A program made the position numbers and the translations under genes. Shown here piece after piece: positions 59,101 through 64,000 of a stretch of 64,000 nt of DNA (position 1 is its first letter; the number at the start of each line of letters is the position of its first letter). Under the pieces are notes generated by a model. It ran no database searches. It was given only the letters and a program-made list of their open reading frames with translations, and had not been told where the DNA came from. Origin of the DNA: a virus (Duplodnaviria; Caudoviricetes). The stretch is taken from positions 48,190 to 112,189 of the IMG/VR virus record IMGVR_UViG_3300025389_000014, one strand, 5' to 3'.

Positions 59101-60179
59101 TTATAGACTCTGGATTGACCGCTTATCAGTTAGTTTATCCTGATTCTAACAAGCAATTGGTTGGTAGCACTAATTTAACATTTGACGGTACTACACTCAC
59201 AGCCGCTAATACGATTACTGGTAAAATATCTGATTTAAGCAATCATACTACTACAGATCTCTCAGAAGGAACAAACAAATATTATCATGATTACCTTGCC
59301 AGAAGTGCGATAAGTGTTAGTGGTAATTTGAGCTATAGTTCTAGCACAGGAGTCATAAGTTATACTACTCCTACATATACTGTAAGTAATTTTATCAACG
59401 ATGCTCACTATATCACATCCAGCTCGCTCAGTGTAGCAACAGCCTCAGCCAGCGGAAGTGGAAGTCTAAGTTATAATAACGGTAATGGAGTGTTTACATT
59501 TACTCCTCCTAGCTTATCATCATATATAACTCTAACTAGTTTAAGTGCAGGAACAGGCACTAGTTATAATAATACTAATGGAACGATCAGCATCGGTCAA
59601 TCAGTTGGTACAGCTGATAGTCCAACCTTTGCAGGTTTAACGGTTAACGGAATTATCAATGTAGCTACTCCTGATATTGGAAGTACTGGTGCCGTTAGAA
59701 TTCATGGAAATGCTACGACTGGATTTGCTAGGTTACAGATAGTCAACACGGCCGGTAATGTCGAGTGGGCGGCATTAAAAATCGATAGTACAGGATTATG
59801 GCAGTTTAACAATGATATTTCCTCTGTGGGTAATATCACAGCATACTATGGCAGTAGTGATAGGAGATTGAAGGAAAACATAAAACCTATACAGGACGCC
59901 TTAGATACCGTAAAAGCCTTGACAGGTGTTACCTATGATTGGACCAAGGATTATCTATCAAAGATTACAGCTTCGGCTTTGCCAAATGACCTAGGATTTA
60001 TTGCGCAGGACGTCCGGGAGATATTGCCCGAAGTGGTTTACGACAAAGGCGATGGTTACCTAGCTATCCGATATGAAAAACTAACACCATTGCTACTAGA
60101 AGCTATAAAAGAACAGCAGGCCACTATCGATCAGATGGCCGCAGATATCGCACTGCTCAAGTCTAAACTAGGGCTATAA
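56139..60179 (+). CDS. Tail fibre (1346 aa) with a collagen-like segment and C-terminal S74 intramolecular chaperone
   Basis: GYTGS Gly-X-Y run at ~56253-56435, NTVATTMNFAGAA repeats, and SDRRLKENI...GFIAQDV...Y.KL...L.EAIKE. Confidence 0.85.
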   Translation: MADITKLPILTSATDGTYLLAIDNSVAKRLPFPGAGQLRGNQGYTGSIGYIGSRGLPSTVPGYTGSQGYIGSLGYTGSSGYAVDRGYTGSAGTVGPAGPNNILNASTLPDSIDPLQAIEYFVGVSNVGSTSTPIVSRTRPIVFNTALGQVGIGTTATLGTLHLKDSENTQIYFEEGNSNILHKLGVSGGNLTLDIDTTNSAGGSNFYLSQVGAHKLTMAANGNIGILTDTPAESLDVSGKLRISSSNVIAKSYSKLYALDDSRLYWENQRYAATVSSPTNVLYAGTRIVGDINPAETGGVFSFDNAPVAQAGASSWTQRLTIIENGNVGINTPRPGALLTVSKNLTSTAFVPPGDQANTTLYLVGANSAYNRFWMESFGSGGNAVNVKVSGGTAQSPSATPAGYIWFVSAAGRGTTTNLGVGQARLGIGAESTFTDTSAPTYIFFQTTGGAERLRIDSVGRIQTAGAIDGVADINIRNTATNSASGSLSLAAGPAGGDGPSYITMGNSNGLGATGPVVIQSNNRYFQIGTGTSFTDRTGGTFQFNLKLDPNGNGTVFGNWEIDGGAASSATLSTIKSTFNLVDTNAGTVNFAGAATQINMGNATGATILTRPGTVVGSNTTQNLYNTVATTMNFAGAASTLNLGAQSGTATIGNPTVLGTQAIQYLWNTVANTVYFANAATALTIGATVGGTLTVNPGTVVGYNATQNLFNTVATTMNFAGAATSLNMGSQADGSVATIANPSVEGVRYTQALWNTVPTTVNAFGAATTIALGASSGVLTFKGTTLNINGTNPTLASTNNGTLTLFDTNITTVSAFGNASLIEMAKTGGQTTIRSNVTINGSLTVSGTATSILSTNSYYTDNIIELHTPPSGVYSNWAVDDGRDIGFRFHYFNGADENAALVLANDTKYLEWYNTGAEASTGTFYGANYGTFKTGQIFLTSSTVASSTLTGALTVAGGVGIGGAVYIGGSISAGGGIRITGAFTTTNIIDSGLTAYQLVYPDSNKQLVGSTNLTFDGTTLTAANTITGKISDLSNHTTTDLSEGTNKYYHDYLARSAISVSGNLSYSSSTGVISYTTPTYTVSNFINDAHYITSSSLSVATASASGSGSLSYNNGNGVFTFTPPSLSSYITLTSLSAGTGTSYNNTNGTISIGQSVGTADSPTFAGLTVNGIINVATPDIGSTGAVRIHGNATTGFARLQIVNTAGNVEWAALKIDSTGLWQFNNDISSVGNITAYYGSSDRRLKENIKPIQDALDTVKALTGVTYDWTKDYLSKITASALPNDLGFIAQDVREILPEVVYDKGDGYLAIRYEKLTPLLLEAIKEQQATIDQMAADIALLKSKLGL

Positions 60180-60185
60180 TACCCG

Positions 60186-60193
60186 TATAAATA
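60186..60193 (+). promoter_or_regulatory. Late promoter, exact T4 consensus TATAAATA
   Basis: TATAAATA lies 5 nt before ATG 60199. Confidence 0.7.
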
Positions 60194-60198
60194 TTGCT

Positions 60199-60825
60199 AT
60201 GGAACAGGATAAAATGAATAAACCAAACGAACTAGGCGGAGTAAACATAAGGGGACATATAAAAATATTTGATCCCGAGACCAAAGAAGTCTATATAGAT
60301 AAACCCAACGCCATACATCACGAGAATTTTTCCAAGGCTCTGGCTAATGCTGTGAGCAATCAAGGTCGTGGATTCATATCAGAAATGGTATTTGGCAACG
60401 GCGGAACACGTATCGATCAGACAGGCATCATAACTTATCTCACTCCTAATGTTATAGGAACAGGTGCTAGTCTGTACAACGAAACCTATTATAAAAATGT
60501 AGATGCCGCCAGTCCTGCGGATCTAGATCCTGCTCGTAATTTTATGCAGGTGCGTCACATAGCCGGTGCTCCTTACAGTGATGTATTGATCAGCTGTCTA
60601 TTAGATTTTGGTGAACCTTATGGACAACAGGCCTATGACAATGCGACGACCACAGATGGACAATTTGTATTCGACGAACTAGGACTCAAAGCCTATAGCC
60701 CCGATGGCGCAGACATGGGAGATCTATTGACTCACGTTATTTTCCATCCTGTGCAGAAATCTCTAAATCGCATGATACAGATTGATTATACTGTGAGAAT
60801 ACAGAGCCTAACCGCTGGAATGTAA
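60199..60825 (+). CDS. Baseplate/fibre-attachment virion protein (208 aa)
   Basis: Lies between two fibre genes; FGNGG...FDELGL...KS...I.YT motif pattern of collar/fibre-attachment proteins. Confidence 0.55.
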   Translation: MEQDKMNKPNELGGVNIRGHIKIFDPETKEVYIDKPNAIHHENFSKALANAVSNQGRGFISEMVFGNGGTRIDQTGIITYLTPNVIGTGASLYNETYYKNVDAASPADLDPARNFMQVRHIAGAPYSDVLISCLLDFGEPYGQQAYDNATTTDGQFVFDELGLKAYSPDGADMGDLLTHVIFHPVQKSLNRMIQIDYTVRIQSLTAGM

Positions 60826-60827
60826 CA

Positions 60828-62912
60828 ATGTCATATACGATAAAATTTTCTGATCCTAGTACAAGCACATTTATTACAGTACCAGACATGCCGCCTGGTA
60901 TCAATACCACTGATACTGATCTAAGTCTAGTAGGTCGTGGTTATCCTAATTATGGACAAAAGATAGCAGAAAATTTCCTACATCTATTAGAAAACTTCGC
61001 TAACTCAACTGCTCCAGTCTATGCTATCCAGGGCCAGCTCTGGTATGACAATGCCAATAACAAATTAAAAGTCAATACCGTATCAGGAGGACAACGTTGG
61101 TCCCCAACTAACGGAGTATGGCAACAGAGAACTGATCCTAGCCTTTCAACAGCTACTAATGTATTACCTGGTGATATCTGGGTCAACACATCAGACAATA
61201 ATTATATCCTGAGTGTACGCACTAATAATCAAGGATGGGTACAGGTATCTAATACCAGTACAGGTGCTACAGGATCCTTCAGTACAGAACTATACGATAG
61301 TCTGGGAAATCCTCACTATGTAGTAGAACATAAATCATTAGGCGAAGTAATAGCGATTGATTCAGCTGATAGTTTTTATCCTAATCCTGTAATACCTAAT
61401 TTCAATCCTCAGCTGTTTACTGGTACTAACATGACCACTGTGGGCAAATTCTGGGGAACTGCTTTTTCAGCAGATGCTCTAAATCTATATCCAGGCGCAC
61501 TGACATTACGAGTGCCAACTAATAGATTCCTTATCAAAGATGACATAGCCGGTGGTGACATTCCTGGACAGGGACAGGTTATCACAGGTCGTGTGTTTTT
61601 CCAAAATACTGATGGCATAGTGCTGACATCTAGTGATGATACCTACGGAACCAGCAAGGGCAAGATACAGATCTACAAGTCAAACAATGATCTAATATTG
61701 CTCAACGATCGCAACCCAGATTACGGTTATGGCAATATACAGTTGAATACCAGACTAGGCAAAGGCAGTGTCATGATAAACTCATCAGCACCGTCAGTGT
61801 CTACACAGACAGGTGCATTGATTGTCACGGGCGGTGTTGGAATCGGCGGTAATTTATATGTGGGCGGATCTATACACTATGAACTGCTGGTAGCAGGTTC
61901 GACAGATACCATCTACGGCGGAGCTCCTGGTCAATTGGTATATCAGGTATCAACGGGGACCACTGGATTTGTTTCTACAGCATCAACAGGTTCAAGTGTA
62001 CTAGTCAGTGGCGGCAATCAATCTCCTTATTTCCAGACCACTGGATCAATTCGTGTTGGTTACAGCGATAACACTAACAATATCCTAGGTGGATCAGCAG
62101 GTCAATTCGTCATACAAACCAGCGCCAATCATACTGGATTTGTTGATGGTACGAGTTTAAGTGTCGCTACTGCTACCTATGCTGGTAATCTAATAGGTCC
62201 TATTGGTACATTCCCTTATCAGATAGGAGTCAACCAAACTGGATTCTTACAGCCAACGTCTATATCAGTAAACACAGCTACTAATATTGCAGGAGGTTCA
62301 GCTGGACAGTTTGTAGTACAGACAGGAGTCGGCCAGACAGGGTTCAAGAATGGAAATACTCTATCAGTCAATACCGCTTCAAATCTTTCAGGAGGTGCTG
62401 GGGGTAGTTTAGCGTATCAATCAGCCAGCGGTGCTACATCATTCTTAACAATCGGTACCTCTGGCCAATATCTAAAATCAAATGGCACATCTCCAGAATG
62501 GGACAGTGCTGTAGGATTGACAGAGGGTCAGGTAGCCTATGGTCAAGGTACAGGCTCTGAGTTAACAGGTGATAGTGGAATGACCTATAACAATCTCACT
62601 CAAACTCTCACTCTATCAGGTGACGTGATAGCAGGGTCTGATCGTGAGATAAAAGAAAATATAGAGACCATCACCGATGCACTGACTAAAATTATAGCCT
62701 TACGTGGTGTGAGTTTCAATTACAAAAAAGGCGGCAAGGCTAGCCTGGGATTGATCGCACAGGAAGTACAGACTGTGATTCCTGAAATAGTCTCAGTCAA
62801 TGAATCTACAGGATTTTTAGGTATTGGTTACAATGCTCTAATAGGTCTATTAGTCGAAGCTATCAAAGAACAACAATCACAGATAGACGAATTAAAACGT
62901 CGTATAGGATAA
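60828..62912 (+). CDS. Tail fibre (694 aa) with C-terminal S74 chaperone
   Basis: N-terminal ENFLHLLENFA...GQLWYD, repeated NIAGGSAGQF..QT units, and SDREIKENI...GLIAQEV. Confidence 0.85.
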   Translation: MSYTIKFSDPSTSTFITVPDMPPGINTTDTDLSLVGRGYPNYGQKIAENFLHLLENFANSTAPVYAIQGQLWYDNANNKLKVNTVSGGQRWSPTNGVWQQRTDPSLSTATNVLPGDIWVNTSDNNYILSVRTNNQGWVQVSNTSTGATGSFSTELYDSLGNPHYVVEHKSLGEVIAIDSADSFYPNPVIPNFNPQLFTGTNMTTVGKFWGTAFSADALNLYPGALTLRVPTNRFLIKDDIAGGDIPGQGQVITGRVFFQNTDGIVLTSSDDTYGTSKGKIQIYKSNNDLILLNDRNPDYGYGNIQLNTRLGKGSVMINSSAPSVSTQTGALIVTGGVGIGGNLYVGGSIHYELLVAGSTDTIYGGAPGQLVYQVSTGTTGFVSTASTGSSVLVSGGNQSPYFQTTGSIRVGYSDNTNNILGGSAGQFVIQTSANHTGFVDGTSLSVATATYAGNLIGPIGTFPYQIGVNQTGFLQPTSISVNTATNIAGGSAGQFVVQTGVGQTGFKNGNTLSVNTASNLSGGAGGSLAYQSASGATSFLTIGTSGQYLKSNGTSPEWDSAVGLTEGQVAYGQGTGSELTGDSGMTYNNLTQTLTLSGDVIAGSDREIKENIETITDALTKIIALRGVSFNYKKGGKASLGLIAQEVQTVIPEIVSVNESTGFLGIGYNALIGLLVEAIKEQQSQIDELKRRIG

Positions 62913-62915
62913 TCT

Positions 62916-64000
62916 ATGGCCGGTGTATCAACGAAAGTCTATTATCTCATAGTAGGCGGTGGTGGAGCTGGCAGTGCTGGGGGTGGTGGAGCTGGCGGAG
63001 TTATCCATGGCTGTACGACAATCTGTAGCACTCAGGCATTTAATATCTCAGTAGGAAATGGAGCATCTGGAGGTACTGCCGCTGGATCTAGTTCGGTTTT
63101 CGGATTTACAGCAAATGGCGGCGGCAATGGAGGCAGCACGATTCATCCAGGCAATCCAGGAGCCTCTGGTGGGGGCGGCGGATGGGCCCAGATAGGTAAT
63201 GAAGGTGCATCTAATTGTTGGAGTGGAGGCTGCGGTACAGCCGGGCAAGGTAATCCGGGAGGTACAGGACACGGACGTTGGGGTTGTGTATGGGCTGGTG
63301 GAGGCGGCGGTGGAGCCGGAGGTGCAGGCAGTGGATGGGGTAATGGGTTCTATGGAGGTGCTGGGGGTGACGGAGTATCAGTCAATCTAGGCTGTAGCGG
63401 CTATGTATTCACAGTAGGTGGAGGCGGCGGCGGCAAAGGAACATGGAACGGCCATGGAGGATTCTATCCCGGGTCTGGCGGATCTGGAGGGGGTGGACCT
63501 GCAGGAACAGCAGGCACCAATGGAACCGGCGGCGGAGGTGGTAGTGATTCTGCCGGAGGGTCTGGTATAGTCGCAGTGGCCTATTCTGGATCCGGTTTAT
63601 TTTCAGGGGGTAATGCAACCAGTCACGGTGGAAAAACTGTACACGTATTCACAGCCCCCGGAACACTGACTCCGTTATACAAGGGACCTGCACTACAGAC
63701 CACTGGAACTATATCATTAAAACAGATACAGGCAGAATTCCAGGGAGTTGATTCTAATCTAAGGGCCTATTGGGTAGGCGGTAGCGATGCTAACATTTAT
63801 AGTACATATCCTCATCCGTGGACACCTTGTGGACCTCCGCACTGTTCGAGCAGACCTATCAGCCTAAAAGAATTCTATGGAGCTCACGCTTATTTTCCTG
63901 TAACACAGAATTTGAAGTTTACCACCAGTGATACCTGGATAGCCCCACCATCAATAGTTGGAAAGGTTAATATTCTGATCGTCGGAGGCGGTGGTGGCGG
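62916..64000 (+). CDS. Gly-rich receptor-binding/adhesin-like protein, partial (runs off the window)
   Basis: Not in the ORF track. ATG 62916 opens MAGVSTKVYYLIVGGGGAG...; poly-Gly motifs, a GTISLKQIQAEF...ISLKEFYG module, then a second ILIVGGGGG domain starts. Confidence 0.8.
   Translation, partial: MAGVSTKVYYLIVGGGGAGSAGGGGAGGVIHGCTTICSTQAFNISVGNGASGGTAAGSSSVFGFTANGGGNGGSTIHPGNPGASGGGGGWAQIGNEGASNCWSGGCGTAGQGNPGGTGHGRWGCVWAGGGGGGAGGAGSGWGNGFYGGAGGDGVSVNLGCSGYVFTVGGGGGGKGTWNGHGGFYPGSGGSGGGGPAGTAGTNGTGGGGGSDSAGGSGIVAVAYSGSGLFSGGNATSHGGKTVHVFTAPGTLTPLYKGPALQTTGTISLKQIQAEFQGVDSNLRAYWVGGSDANIYSTYPHPWTPCGPPHCSSRPISLKEFYGAHAYFPVTQNLKFTTSDTWIAPPSIVGKVNILIVGGGGG

Noticed and set aside
641-63618. 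Numerous short antisense or overlapping ORFs in the track (e.g. 3651..4175, 4663..5280, 21236..21724, 57716..58573, 63048..63618)
   Set aside because: They are shadows of long real genes on the opposite strand or in another frame, and lack initiation signals.
1-64000. Stop-codon reassignment (TAG/TGA recoding seen in some large phages)
   Set aside because: Conserved genes are full length in the standard code, and TAG and TGA end genes at expected positions (e.g. 33463, 36523, 30336, 42668).

Overview
This 64 kb window comes from a large T4-superfamily-like myovirus and covers most of its late (virion) region, read in the standard genetic code. The minus strand from 1 to 25.3 kb carries a cluster of fibre/spike proteins, a free-standing GIY-YIG homing endonuclease, the head module (gp23 capsid, gp22 scaffold, gp21 protease, acidic core protein, gp20 portal) and a tape-measure-like gene. 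The centre (25.4-32.3 kb) holds a gp26/gp51-like pair, a ~420 nt densely structured non-coding region, a small GIY-YIG protein, an AT-hook protein, gp46/gp47 and the late sigma factor gp55. The plus strand from 32.4 kb carries the baseplate (gp53, hub, gp5, gp25, gp6), a 4487 aa virion protein, fibres with S74 chaperone domains and a Gly-rich adhesin. A TAAATA late-promoter motif recurs upstream of the structural genes. The main candidates for novelty are: (1) a 1740 aa spike-like protein with five ~165 aa repeats resembling the phycobiliprotein globin fold, each keeping the bilin-attachment Cys-x-Arg-Asp; (2) a candidate large structured ncRNA directly behind a GIY-YIG gene; (3) a T TTT TTC -1 frameshift joining the gp26-like and gp51-like ORFs. 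Lesser observations include a structured 5' leader, leaderless late mRNAs, an HNH endonuclease relic and a twin AT-hook protein. All assignments come from motif recognition by eye; no database search was run.
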